Part shown: positions 14,797 through 29,400 of the stretch, piece after piece
Position numbering within the stretch: the stretch's first letter is position 1
Layout of the letters: every line of letters starts with the position of its first letter
Source: Piromyces finnis finn
Taxonomy: Eukaryota; Fungi; Neocallimastigomycota
Assembly (NCBI GenBank): GCA_002104945.1
Contig: MCFH01000080.1
Span: forward strand, 62,001-126,000
DNA: 64,000 nucleotides
Direction of reading: 5' to 3'
Made by a program: the position numbers and the translations under genes
Notes under the pieces: model-generated
Told to the model about the DNA's origin: nothing
The model's input: only the letters and a program-made list of their open reading frames with translations
Databases searched by the model: none

Positions 14797-17700
14797 TTTA
14801 GTATATATTTACTATAGATAGAGTTAAAAATATAATTTATTAGAAAATATTTTCCTTTTTTTTTTTTTATAATTTATTATTCAAATAAAAAAAATAAAAA
14901 TATATCCGGTTATCGATATTCAATATATATATATAGTTTTTTTTTTCAAATATTTATTTTTTTTTATTCACTATTATATTACTGTTTTTATATAATTCTA
15001 TTTTCATTTCCATTATCAAAAAATTATATACATATTTTTGTGTTTATGTGTGAATTACTATATTTATCACTATTTTTATTTTTTTTTTTTTATTATTTTT
15101 TTTATATTATTCTTTTAATTTTTCGAAATAGTTTACAAAAAAATATTGTTATTTGTATTTTAAATTAACTCCAATTTTATTATTATTACACTATTTTTTT
15201 TCTTTCTTAATTGTTATATCTATATTTTTTGCTTTTGTTCTTTTTTTTTTTTTTGGATGAATTATTTTAAAGGCAATTGGATATACTTTTAACTCTTTTT
15301 TTTTTCAAAAAAAAGAATAATAATAATAATAATAGTTTCAACGGTATTAAAAAAGAAAAACCCTCACTATTCTATTTTTATATATATTATATATTATGTA
15401 TATATATTTCTTTAAAAAAATATTTACATTTTATGTAATTAAAAAAAAAAAGATAGTTTGTTTTTTTTTTTTTCGATTTAAAGATAGAATAATAATATTA
15501 TTGATAAATATTATTTTTTTTTTATTTTTTTTTTTTATTTTATTGATGACTTTTTTTTTTTTCTTTATTTAATAGGTTTTAATTTTATAAATAAAGATAG
15601 AAAAAAAATTTTTTTTATTTTTTTTTTCTTTTTGAAAAATATATAAATGATAAAAAATATATATTTTTTTTTATTATGATATAAACTTTATAAATAAAAA
15701 TTTTAAAAATTAAAAGAATTTAAAAAAAAAAATAGATTATACTTTGGCATGATATATCCTAGTATAATCCATTCTATAATTATAATATACTCTCTATTAA
15801 AACCTTAATTATAAATAGAAATTGAATTAAAAAAAAAAATAATAATAATAATAATAATAATAAAATAAAATAAAATAAAATAATAATTAAAATTAAAAAT
15901 AATATATGATTTCTTTTATAAAATATATATATATTAATTTAAAAATTAAAATATTAAATAAATGAAAATAAATATTATTTATTTTACTTTATTTTTTTTT
16001 GTAAACCATGTCAACCCTAAAAGAAATCCTAAAATTATAAATATTCATAACCTAATAATGAAGATGAATAATTTTATTTAAAAATACTTTTATGAAAACA
16101 CATATATATATACTTTTATATTTTACCAAAATATATATATAAATATATAAATATACAATAATTCATATATATAATTATAATAATATTTCATATCAAAGAT
16201 TTTATATAAGAAATAAAGTTTATTCCATGAAGAGGAGATATTAAAAAATGAATTTATTTTTACATTTGATGATGAAAAAAAAAAAATGTTTATTTCTATC
16301 TATAAAAAGGATTTCAGTTTTATAATTAGCTAATTAAAATAGTTTTAGATTTATATTCCCAATGGAGATTTTTTAATGTACTTTTTTAAAAAAATATCAT
16401 TTACATAATTATAAAGAATAAATAAAATATTTGATACTTAATGAAAATGATTAAAAGAAATACATTAATTTTTTTTTTTAATTATTAATAATGATAAATA
16501 CAAAAAATACCTTTTTTTACCAGAGTAATTCTTATTGAATTTTAAAAAATGATTTTTTTTTTTTCCTTGAATAATAAATAATTAAATTAAATTATTTACA
16601 TAAAAGGAAAGTGATTTATTAATATTATATTAAAAATAGATTAAATTTTTTTTTGGAAAATTTTATAAAAAATAATTTTTTTTTTATTTTAGGAAATTAT
16701 TAAAATTTCTAAAGGACCGAATGATATTTTAACCTTCTTTTTTCTCTTTTTTTTATGCCTATGTATAGGCATAGACAACCAGAAAAAGTAATCGAAAAAT
16801 GTATTTAAAACATCAATTTTAATTTTAGTAGGAATAGCACATTATAATACAATGTTTATAATGTTTATGGTATTTTAATTGATTTATTTTATGATTTAAA
16901 AAAAAAATAAAATAAAAATAAATTAGAATAAAAAGAATAGGTAAATAATCTTATTATTTATAATTGTCGATAGAATAAAAATAAATATTTTTATAAAAAA
17001 AAAAATAGGTTCATGTTCATTTTAAAATTTATAAAAAGGAAGGAAAAAGCTTTAAAAACTTTTTTGAGTTTTTAAATCTTTTAAATAATAATCAAAAAGT
17101 TAAATTTAATTTTATATCAAATAATTAGGATGAAAAATTATAAAGGAAAATAAAAATTTTAAAAATTCATTCATTTTTTAAAAGTATTTTAAAAAGTGAT
17201 GCTTTTTTTTTTACATCATAATTTTATACAAGCATCTTTTTATTATTTAAAAAGTGAAAATGGCGATTTAAATATGTATTAATAGTTCATTAAATATATA
17301 AAAATTTTAAATTTTATAAAAGCAAAAGCAAAAAAAAAAAAAAAAAAAGACAAAAATTCAATAAATTATTTAATAATAATATTTAAATTATTTTCTATTT
17401 TAACTATTTTTTTTTTTATTATTATTATTACTTCCTTTTGATTTCCTTATTTCTTTTCTTTTTATGGATTGTATGTTTGTTTTAAATGAAAAAAGAAAAA
17501 AAAACGGTCAGTCTTCAAAATAAATTAAAAAATAAAATTATTAATTTAAATTGATTATTTTTAAATTAAATTAATATATTATTAACTAAATGGAGAATCC
17601 ATTAATTTTATTAAAATAAATATATTATTAAAATAAATAAATAAAAAAAATTAATTAAAAAAAAAAAAAAGAATTGATTTGCGGCAGGTTTTATCATGAT

Positions 17701-19757
17701 TAACTCTTTTTTTTTTAAAAAAAAAAAAATCGTTGAATAGTATAATAAAAAAGAAAAAATATATAGAAATACTAGGATGAATACCCAAGAATTTTTATTT
17801 TTAAACTTTTCAAAGTATAAAATATTTTAGTATAAAGATAAATATAATTATTTTCATTCTCTTATTATATGAAATATGAAATTATTAATAATAAATAAAA
17901 ACTAGGTGGTATAAAAGAAATTTGTGTTCAATACAAATAAAAGGAGAGTTTTATCTTTACGGTGCATTTTTTTTTTTTCTTTTGTAGCATTAAATCATAG
18001 TCTATTTTATAAATTTTAAAAAAAAAAAAAAAAAAGCTATTAATAATAATGGTAATAATAATAGGAATAACTATTAATTAGCTATTAAAGACAAAGTATT
18101 TAAATAGGCATCTTAGTATAGATAATATATTAAAATACAGTATATTATAAATTTTTTTTTTTTTTAATGACTTTTATCATACTGTATTTTTTTAACATAG
18201 ATTAAAATGAAAAGAATAAAAAAGGAAAACTATTATTATTTATAAAGGGATTCTTTTAATAGATTGGAATTAATGATATAGGATAATAAGTTTTTTTTTT
18301 TTTTTTTTTATAATTTAAAATTTTATGATTTTCTTTTCAATGATGGGTTAATAATAATATACCTTTTGCTAACTTAAAAGCTTAAGAAAAAATTTATTAT
18401 TATTAGTATCAAGACAAGATATGGTACGATTTTTTTTTTACTTATTTCTTTCCTAATAATAGGTTAATAATAATTAAAAAGAATATACTTTATATAAACT
18501 ACATAATTATAATATATTAATATATTTAATTTTTATTCATCCTTTCCAATGGATAAATAGGATTATAATTATGAATAGTTTCAAAATTTTTTTAACTCTT
18601 TTTTTTTTTTTTTATTTTAAATGATAGCAAATATTTTTTAAAATCTTTTATTTTCATTAAAATATATAATACATATGTATTTAAAAATAAATGAATGAAA
18701 ATTGGGTATGATGTATTTCTAATCATTTTAATTAAAAAAAAAAGGGGGGACAAGTATTAATGTTAAAAGACATAATTGTATTTAACTTTCAATAGCCATC
18801 TCAAGTAGCCAAGATCGAAAATTTGTCAAAGAGGAAGGATGACGGGAACAAAATTAGGGTCTTTATGGATGGCACTAAGTCTTATTGACTTGTTACACAT
18901 TAGGATTGATAATTAATTTTCTACGCACTTTCATTCCTATTTATACCCATCATTATAATACTTTTGAAAAGAATTTGTTAAATATTGAAAACCATTTTTA
19001 TAATAATAATAATGATATTGATGATGATGACGATGACGATGATGATGATACATTTGGGTATAGAAATTATTCTTTCCATTTAATTGCTACTCCCCCTTTT
19101 TTTTTTTACATTAAAGCGTATTACTGGATGGTAAAAAAAAAAAAAAGTTTTATGATTGAATTAACATTATTCCGTTATAATTATTAATCTATCAATCTAT
19201 ATACATATTTTTTAAAAAAAAAAAATATTTGTATATATAGTTTTATTAATATTTTCATATTAAAAAGTTTCAATATTTTTATTCATGATAATGGATATTT
19301 TATAAATTATTTTTTTTTTTTTTACATGACAATAATAGAAATAACATACATTAATAATGATCCTATGAATAATGGTATTTTATAGTAAGAGTATTAAAGT
19401 TTGAATCATTCTAATAGTTTAAATAGTAATTTAGTTAAATGATAGTGTTTTTAATAATCCAATAAATCATAATGTGTAATATTATACTAGTAATGGATGC
19501 AAAAAAAAGTATATATCTATCTATTTATTTAAATTTTTTCTTAAGTAAGGTTTATAAAGGTTTAATAATAATACATGGGGATGAAAAGAACTTTTTGCAA
19601 GGGTTAAATGAAACTAGACACTTCATAGAGAAAATATTTCTCAATTTTTAATGATCAAATGCAAAAACTTTTAATTATTGAGCACTAGCCAACAGCAATG
19701 GACATTATTATTTGAAAAAGGTTTAAAACCAATAACTAAAAAAGAGTATGTCAATGC

Positions 19758-19799
<42 letters not shown>

Positions 19800-21319
19800 G
19801 TTAAAGTAGTGGGGTTTGAAAATCCATAGAAAAACCAATAAAAAAAAAAAAAAAAAAAATACACTTTATCCTTTTCTAATTTATTTATTTTATTTTAATG
19901 AATATTTTTATACATGATATTTTAGGCTAATAATACTTACTCTGTATGGGTAAAATAATAATAGTCATTTATATTATTAAATAAAAAATAGATAAATAGA
20001 TAAAAAATTAAAATTGTATATATCAAAAAAAAAAAAGTTTAATACTAAATTTTTTACCATCTCTTTATGGTGTAGATTTTGATCTACTTTCTACCTAATA
20101 AATTAAAAGGTTAAAACATTTGGTAGATTATTGTGGTGATGGTTCTTTTTCCTTAAACACCCTCAGATCACCATGAATCCTTTATTTTTTTTTTTTTTTG
20201 AATAAATGAAAAAAAAAAAAAAAAAAATACTAAACATTGAATCCCTCATATACCATACAAAAAAAAAAAAAAAAAAAAAAAAAATTTAAAAATATTTATA
20301 GTTTCTTTTTACCAAAATAAAATGAAAATCAAAAAAAAAAAAAAAAAAATAGTTTAATATCTAATAATGATAGAAACAACAATTCACCACCACCATAGCT
20401 ATACCATGGTCAAATTGATCCTTTTTTTTAATAACATCAAAATACTTTTTTTAAAACTTTATTGAATCAAAATTACAATACATGTTATAAACGTCCTTTT
20501 TAATCTAATTTCACCTCTCGTTTCACTAATTACCTTTTTTTTTTTTTTTTTTCACTTATTCTATATTTTTTTTTTTTACTTTTAATTAGACATACATTTT
20601 CCTTTTTTTTTTTTTTTTTTTTTTTATAAAACTTTTTATACTACAGAATCATGAATAACAAAATTTTATTATATTGTATTATTTTATTATTTTCCAATTG
20701 TTAATTCTAAATATTTCCCTATTTCTTTTGCTTTACTATCAAGGTAAAGACAACAACAACAAGGTGTAAATTTATTTCTAATAAAAGTTTTATATTTTCA
20801 CCAAAATAATTTCTTTTTTTATTATAATATTATAATTTTTTTTTTTTTTTTATTGATATAGATGATATATAGTATTAATAAAGATTAAATAATTCATTCT
20901 TTAAATGATAAAAATAATTAATATATAAAAAAAATAAATAAATAGAGGTGTGAGATGATTATAAATATAATAATAAGAATGAAAAAAAAAAAAAAAAAGT
21001 GTTAAATAAAACACCATTTAATCATGATTAAATAAAATTGAAATTAAACCTATTCTTGGTTTATTCTATTTTCAATGGTAGTACTGACGCCATGAAAATA
21101 TAGAATAAAACACACACAAGTTCATTTAAAAAAAAAAAATTAAATACTCTTTTAAACAATATACGTATAAATAGATATTAATAATTTAATAAAAAATATT
21201 ATATTTTCTTGTTAAAATGAATTATGATACAACTTGTTGATTTATAAAGGGTATTATTATAATAATATAATATGTTTTTTTTTTTTTATTATTTTTATTC
21301 AATTCTTGTTAGACCTCAT

Positions 21320-23612
21320 TTAATTGTAGTATATGACATTTTCGTGACTTTGGGTATTTGGATGAGCTTCATTATTATAATTTGCTTGCCAGTTGGAATT
21401 ATTAGTAATACCTTGATAAATATTTTGGTTATTTTGATTAATAATTGGTGGAGAAGTGCCATTCCATGAATTTTGAGAATCATTAATGACTTGAGTGTGA
21501 ACCATTTGAGCATTATTCATATTATTACCACCCCAAGCTGGAGCATTATTTTGTTGAGTAGTGACAGCAGATGAAGTCATATTTTGATTTTGATTATTAA
21601 TAAGAGTTGAATGTGAAGCGAATGAAGAAATGGTTAATTGTTGTGGTGGTTGATTTGGATTAACAGTAGATTTTTGCATAACTGGAACTATTGGAGCGGT
21701 GGTTGGAGTAGAATTTGGAGTTGGGAGGGATTGTTGGTGAACAACTTGTTGTTGATTATGGCTGTAATTGGTAAAGTTTTGTTGATTATTTTGTTGATTC
21801 ATAGTTGGAGAGGAAAGTGTACGAAAGGCCATGGAAGGACTGTTTCCCTTGTTATTTAAAATTGGAGGAGTATTGTTAAAGGTATTGACTAAATTGATTT
21901 CGTTAGTTTGACGATTTTGTGGGTAGTAGGCATTATTATTGGTTTCATTTTGCATAATTGGAGTTTGAATAAGGAATGGGTTAAAGTTACTTGCCATATT
22001 TGATTGTTGTTGTGGTGGTAATTGGGAATCATTCATTAAAATTGAATTTGGTGTTTGACTTTGTGGGTTTTGAGATGGTTCGTTCATGATAATAGCATTT
22101 TGAGTTTGATTTTGTGGTTCTATCATAATATTTGAATTTTGTTGTGGTTGTGGTGGTTTTTCCATAAAGAGAAGAGAATGACTACGATCAAAGTTATTAT
22201 CTAATGACTTTATCGAAGAAGTAGAATTAGTATTGTTATTATTAGCATTACCGGCAGCAGAAGTAATGATGAATGGATTATCCTTTGTGTAGGCTTGAGT
22301 TTGTTGAGGTGGACCATTCATATTTTGTTGTTGACCACCATATGGAATACCATAAAGTGTTTGGTTTTGTTGTGGATTATTATTGGTTTGATGTTGAGCT
22401 TGTTGTTGGCTCATACCATTCATGCTCATACCATTCATACCATTCATTCCGTTCATACCGTTCATACCGTTCATGCCTTGGTTCATATTTGGTGGAATAC
22501 CACCCATTCCTGGGTTCATACCATTCATATTTGGTGGCATACCATTCATATTTGGCATATTATTACCATAAATAAATTGTGGTGAAGCTGATGTCATATT
22601 CATACCACTCTTTAAGAAAGCTTGATCTTGATAATGTGTAGCATTAGCGTTAAATCCGTTCATTTCATTACTACTAATTAAATTATTATTATTATTTGTG
22701 GCAATATTATTATTGGGTATTGGGTAATTGATACCATTGTTATTACGATTTTCATTTGATACAGAATTGTTTTGATTAGCTGGTGGGTTACTTAAATCAT
22801 TATCAACACACCAGTTTGGATTTTGAACCGTGAGTTGATTCATGTTAATTTGTTGTTTCTTGTTTGTACGGAAATTTAAGATTTCAATATTCTTGTTACC
22901 GCATTCCTTGTAAAGTTTTAATAATTCTTCATCACTTGATGGGGTATTAATAGTATGGTAGGATACATCTTGTTCGTGATAATATGAAATTAAATGGAAT
23001 ACTTTTCCTTCCACCTTAGCAGATAAAGTCTTTTTAATTAAACCATTTTGACGAATATTAAATTTCTTTAAATCCAATGAAGGAATAATACCCTTGTATT
23101 TAATTTTTTTCATTTGAAGTTCTTCATTTTTAAGTGCTGGGTCTTCAGTTTCCTTCTTATCCTTGGCCTTGTTCTTTCTATTAGCCCATTTATTTGTTTT
23201 TCTTGGGTCATCTAATTCAATATATACTAAATAATCTCCTAAAATTCTTGAAGGACTCCAATATCTACCATCAGTCCATCTAATACATATATTTTAAAAT
23301 AAAATAATTTTTATTTAGTTTTTTCTCTTTTATACACCTTTCAACAACAAAAAAAAAGAAAAGTTTTATTTTGTAAAGTTATCTTTTAAAATAGACCATT
23401 AAATTTTACCTTTTAATACCAGCTTCATCTTCTTTAAAAACAAAAACAGATCCTGAAATAATACTACGACGTTCAACTCTTGATAAACGTTTTTGTATAG
23501 TTGGTAGTTTATTATTAATGACAGCATTAAATAAAATTAAACTGTCTAATAAAGTATCGACGTAACCAAAGTAGGTTTCTGATAAGGAACACTTTCTTTG
23601 CTTTTTAACCAT
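21320..23612 (-). CDS. Gti1/Pac2 (WOPR) family transcription factor (Wor1/Mit1/Ryp1-like), 2 exons
   Basis: WOPRa: TYFGYVDTLLDSLILFNA..RRLSxxERxxIISGSVFVFKEDEAGIKR|WTDGRYWSPSRILGDYLVY, with an intron ~23409-23281. WOPRb: GLIKKTLS..FHLISYY. These are followed by a long N/Q/M/P-rich low-complexity tail. Confidence 0.93.
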
Positions 23613-24719
23613 GGTGAATTAATTTATTATTAATTTTTAGATAAATATATCTGACTTTTTTTTTTTTTTTTTACAAAAAGTGAAATAGTTTTAAAACTTT
23701 TTTTATATATATTACAAAATTATGTGTATAGATAATAGAAATACAAATAGTTCTATTATTAATTTTTTTTATTATTTTCTATATTACAAAACCTTAAAAA
23801 TTATTGTGGTGGTGGTTTTAAATAGCTACTTGTTATACTGTAAAATTAATACAATATTATTTCATATTAATTTTTATTTATTATTATTGTTTTTTTTTTT
23901 GGATATATTAAAATATTTAAAAAGTTTAATATTTTTAATATATTATATTAGGTGTTGGTAGTAGTTAAAAAAAAAAAAAAGAGTTCTAAACTTTTTTATA
24001 TATATATTAGGATATGCTTTAAAGAAAAATATTTCTTTATATAAAGTTTCTTTGCTATTATTTTTTTATTAATAATTAATTTTTTAATAAAAAAATTTAA
24101 TTAATATATAAATAAATTATTTTTTTTATTATTATGATTATTATATGATATTAAAAAAAAATTTATTTTTTATAAGTAAAAAAAATAAAAAAAAAATAAA
24201 TTTTTTTTTGCGTTTATATATATATTTTTTTTTAATAAAATTTTATAACATAATAAATAAATAAATAAAAAAAATATTTTTTTAATTATTTATTCGTTTA
24301 AACTCTAAAATTTTCTAGCGATTTAAGTTGGAATAAGGTTTAATAATTAAATTTTAAAAATTAATTATTACACACTTTTTTTTTTTTTGAAAAAAAATAA
24401 AAAAAAAAACGATGTGTAAAATATTAATAAAAAAAGTTGTGGAAGTTTAATAATTTAAATTCAATTTATATTATAAATAATATAATAAATCTGAATTAAA
24501 TTCAATGGATTAAAAAAAAAAAAAAAGAGTGAAAAAAAGTTTTTTTTATATGAAAAAACCTATTCCAATAAAATGAAGAGATAAAAATATGAATAGAAGC
24601 CTTTACACTTTAATCTATGCTGAATATAATTTTTAATAAAAAAAACTAAATTGTAAATTTAATTTATATACTATGAAATTAAGTTTAATTTTTTTTATCC
24701 ATGAATGAATAAATGAATA

Positions 24720-26420
24720 GCTAAGAGTGACTTAATATATTTAGAATATATATTTGAATATAATATGTACATATATTTTGTTAATTGAATATATATTAAA
24801 TATTATATGTATATATATTTTTTATTTATTGAATATATATTAAATATATTTGAAATTTAATTTATTTTACTAGTAATATATGTATAATATATAATGTTAA
24901 TATGTACATTATATATTGCTAATTTATATATATTTTAATATATAATATATTACCAATATATTATTAATCTATGGTTTATTATCTTTAATAATTAAAATTT
25001 ACATACTTTTTTATATATTTAGTATCATTTATACAGAATATATGACCTAATATATGATTTATAAATGATAACTATGTGGTGTCAATAACAATAGCAATTG
25101 AATCGTATTATATGGTTGATATGTTTATATGAATTGTATTCAATGGTTTCAATATATAATATTCAATATAAATAATGGTTTCAATAGAATGGGACTATAT
25201 AATATATATATTTATTATATGGTATTCATAGAATGGGACTATATAATAAAAATAGATTAATTTTATGTTTATAGGTTTCAACAAAATAGTAGTCTGTGAT
25301 GGTAGAATAATAGTATATGGTTTCAATGGAATGGGATGCTTTGGTTTCTATGGATTCTATTTAAATTGTAATTGAAACCATACCACTACAATTCTATTCT
25401 ATGGGCATTCATAATACCTTTTTAATTAATCTATTGGATTTCTATCCTGCCATAGAATAGGCATATAATAATAGTCTAATTCCACCATATATTTAGACTT
25501 AATAGACTCTGGTTATAGGGTTCATTTGTACTGAAACTTAAATTAGTATTTAATTTATATATATTAATACATAAATTTCCTATTGAGTTAATTTATTTTA
25601 ATATAAAATTCGAAGTCAGTAACTTTTTTTTATTTATAAAGTTTAAGCTTATGAGCCAGAGTTAATATATGTTTAATATATTGACTAGATATATTAACTT
25701 TATTTATATAAAGAATAGAGTTATCCTTTACGAAATAGATTAAAAAAAACAATTATTAGTGTAATACAATAGAGTTTATATTCTATGTTTCATCCTTCAT
25801 TCCATATATTATCATTACACTAATTAATATATGTCATGATTATACTATTTTATTAAAGTTTTACCTTTTATTCGTTTATACTTTAATATATAGTATATAT
25901 TGATTATATATTAATTAAATCAATGGTATACATTATAATTTATGTCTGAGTTTGAGTTTAATAAACATTTCTATTTATTAGTAATTGTAAAATGTACGCA
26001 AAACCAATAATAATAAATAATACTAATAAATGAAATTAAATATATGAAATTAAATATTAAATAATAAATAGTATTAAATATTAAATAGTATTAAATAATA
26101 AATAAATAGTAATAACTATTAAATAGTATTAAATAATAAATAAATAGTAATAACTATTAAATAGTATTAAATAATAGATAGCAATATTAATAAATGATAT
26201 TAAATATTAATAATATTAAATATTAATAAATATTAATTATTAAATAGTATTAAATAAGCATTTAGAAATATTAATAAATATTAATTATTAAATTATTAAA
26301 TATATTAATTAATAATAATAAATAATATTTATAAATATTAAATTGTATGAAAAAAGTATAATTAATTTTTATAGGTAAAAGGTTTATTATTATTAAATAT
26401 TAAATAATAAGAATGAATTA
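24720..26420. repeat. Island of degenerate AT-rich tandem/dispersed repeats (probable decayed mobile element)
   Basis: Lacks the poly-A/T runs of the flanking DNA. Contains repeated ATGGTTTCAATAGAATGGGACTATATAATA-like units (~25176, 25219, 25317), an inverted ATTGAAACCAT (~25371) and duplicated ~38 bp AT units at ~26090-26170. Confidence 0.5.
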
Positions 26421-29400
26421 GGATTAAATGAGTATCATTTTATTAGTATTAGATGGTGATAGTAAATAAAATTATAACTAGGTTGATTATTAACGATTTA
26501 AAGTATTTACACTTTTTATCTTTTTTTAAATATTAAAATTTATTATTTTTGATAATGCCTCATTTAGGCGGTAGAAGAATAAAAAAGCAGAAATAAAAAA
26601 AAAAAGGTCTTTTTTTTTTTTTGTCATCGTAACAATAGCAAGAGTCACAATAGCAATAGGCACATAAAATGATTAAATTCTTTGATTTATAAAAAAAAAT
26701 TCTATCCCAAAAAAGTGTCATTGTCGTCAAAATAATTAATCGTTTGAGAAAATAATTAATCTATTTTTAATATATTTTATTAATATAATAAAATTAATAA
26801 AAAAAAAAAAAAAGGATCTTGAATGTATTGGGTGAATATTTTTTTTCTTGGTGAACTAAAGCTGGTGTAATAAATAAAAAAAAAAAGACATTTTTTATTA
26901 TAAACTATTCTATACAAAAAGGGATTCATTATTCCTTTATTTTATTATTCTTTCATTATCTCTTTTTATTCATCCTTCCCTCATTATTATTTCCTATTTC
27001 ATTCTATTCTATTCTATTTTACAAATTTAATCATACTAATTATGTTTGAGAAAAAAATTTTTTTTCTAATTTCTGATTTGTTCCTGGTTAATTAGAATCA
27101 TTTTCTATTGTGAAAGGTAATATGAATTTCTTTTCAGGCAACTATGAAAATCTTTTATTACATAATGGTTTATTCTCACAATAAAGTTGTCCATCAAATT
27201 CCTTGAAAAACGAATGAATTTTAATGAATGAAAAAATAGAAAATTAAAAGTATAAAAGAATCTTATTATCTATAATTATACTTGCTATTCCCATTTATAT
27301 ATTCTTTTATATATTTATTCCTTACATTCATTGCATTTATTCTAGTTATACATTACATTCATTGCATTCGATAGGGCATTCACTTTTTCATTTCACCAGT
27401 TTTTCTTTCCTCCTCTTTTTTCTTTCTTTCTTCTTTTTAATATATATGGATGATCATCGTTTATATTAATATTAATATATTACTACAATAAATTAAAATT
27501 TTTAAAAATCATTGATGTATTAAAAAAAAAAAGATAATCCATTTCCATTTTTCAATGATTGATGAAATTGAATATTAAACCTAATTTTATAATAAATGAA
27601 TTAAAAAAATTTTTTTAAACTCTATTTTTACTGGTAAAATAAATTTATTAAAATTAATGAAATTAGTATTATGAAGAAAAATGAATATTTATTAAATTTA
27701 TTAAGTGAGAACAAATCAAAAAATTAAAACATTTTTACACAAAAAAAATAAATTAAAGTATAACAAATGAAATAAAAAATAAAGAATGGAATAAAAGTGA
27801 AATGTGAGATAGAAAAAGTGGTAGAAAAGATGGTTGTTTGTTGTATAAAAATATTGATGAACCACAAAGGAAAGGCATTGATATAAAAAGATATGGGTAT
27901 AGATTAATGGTTATTTAAAAGGACAAGAATAAAAAAAATAGATTGAATAGTTGTTCGATAAACTTTATAAAAGTTTTAATACCTTTTTTTTTTTTAGAAA
28001 TTAGTTTTTGGTAAATAGTAGCAAGTGGTGGTGGTGGTAGTGGGTGTTGAAGGAACAATTGATGATGCTTGAAGATTTTAATACAAACATTTAATAAAAA
28101 AAATAAATTATTTTTTTTAGTTTGTGAAAAAAAACTTTATTTAATAGATAAATAGGAATGATGGATAAAAAAAAATTTATTAATATTAAATTAATTTATT
28201 AATTAAAAAAAAGTTGATGGTGGTGGTGGTAGTCTATTTCTTCAAGAGGAAAAGAATGAAATGGACTTTGAACTTTTGCTTCATTCCTGCAGAAATACTT
28301 TAAATTCAAAATAAAGGTTCATGAATAGTATATAGATTGTATAGATTTCACATTCTTTATACTATAAAAATTTATAATACATATAATTTTTATTTGTATA
28401 ACCCATAGGATTAAGGATTAGAATTTATTATACAAGATTAGGTCAAAAAGATAAAAAGAATCTATTGAAGGAGTTTATCATTTAAAAAAAAAAAGACAAT
28501 GATATTATTCCACTTTTTGAAAAAAAAAAAAAAGTAAAATTGAAGTGGAATTAACAAAAAAAAAAAAAAAAAAGTTTTTAAAGTTATTTTGGTTTTAATT
28601 CTCTTATATACTTATTTTTACTCTAAAAGGTTACTTTGTTTTTTCCTTTCTGCTTTTAAATTTCTTTTAAAAATAATACTATTAAAGGGAACAATATAAA
28701 AAAAAGGACGTTTATTGAAATTCATTTTTTATTTTCTCTTTCATTCTTTAAATGCAAAAAAAAAAAAAGAAAATGACATAATACCAAGGATGATAAGGAA
28801 GAATTATAAAGTTCAAATAGCAAGGATTATAAGAAATAAAATAATTTGAATTAAAATAGTTTTTTTTTTTTTTTAATTATTTATTTATTTATTTTTTTTA
28901 AAAATAAAAATTTAACTTTAATTTAAATAAATTAATTATGAGTTTAAAAAGTCTATTTAATAATAAACTCTAAACTTTAGTTAAATTTGAAATTAAACTT
29001 TAAATACTATAAAACTTTTTATCTTTAAATTTTTTTTTTTTTTTTTTTGATTTGGTGTAATGTCTCTAGGTCTTCATGAATATATATCATCCATGGAGTG
29101 ACCACCAAATAACTTAAAGAAATCTGGCATTATCATTGTTTTACGATGCTAACTAATTCATAGTGAATCAACATAAAATATCTATATAAGATATAGAGGA
29201 TACCATTCTTTTAATAAACAATTCAAGTTTTTACTCTTTCTTTTTTTTTTTTTTTTGGCATTATTAAACTAGATAAATTTTATTAAAAGATAGCCTTTTT
29301 GTATTTTTTTTTTATGAATTTCAAAAAAAAAAAAAAGTTTATCATTTAAAAAAGATTCTATTAAGATTGTCCACGGTAAGTAAAAATAAAACTTTTTCCT

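Noticed and set aside
19560-19797. 5'-truncated retrocopy ending in a 40-nt poly(A)
   Set aside because: No target-site duplication and no ORF; long poly(A) runs are common throughout this window.
27100-27215. LIM-domain-like peptide FKEFDGQLYCE on the minus strand
   Set aside because: An isolated 11-aa resemblance with no preceding CxxC/H ligands or splice sites, and an in-frame stop nearby.
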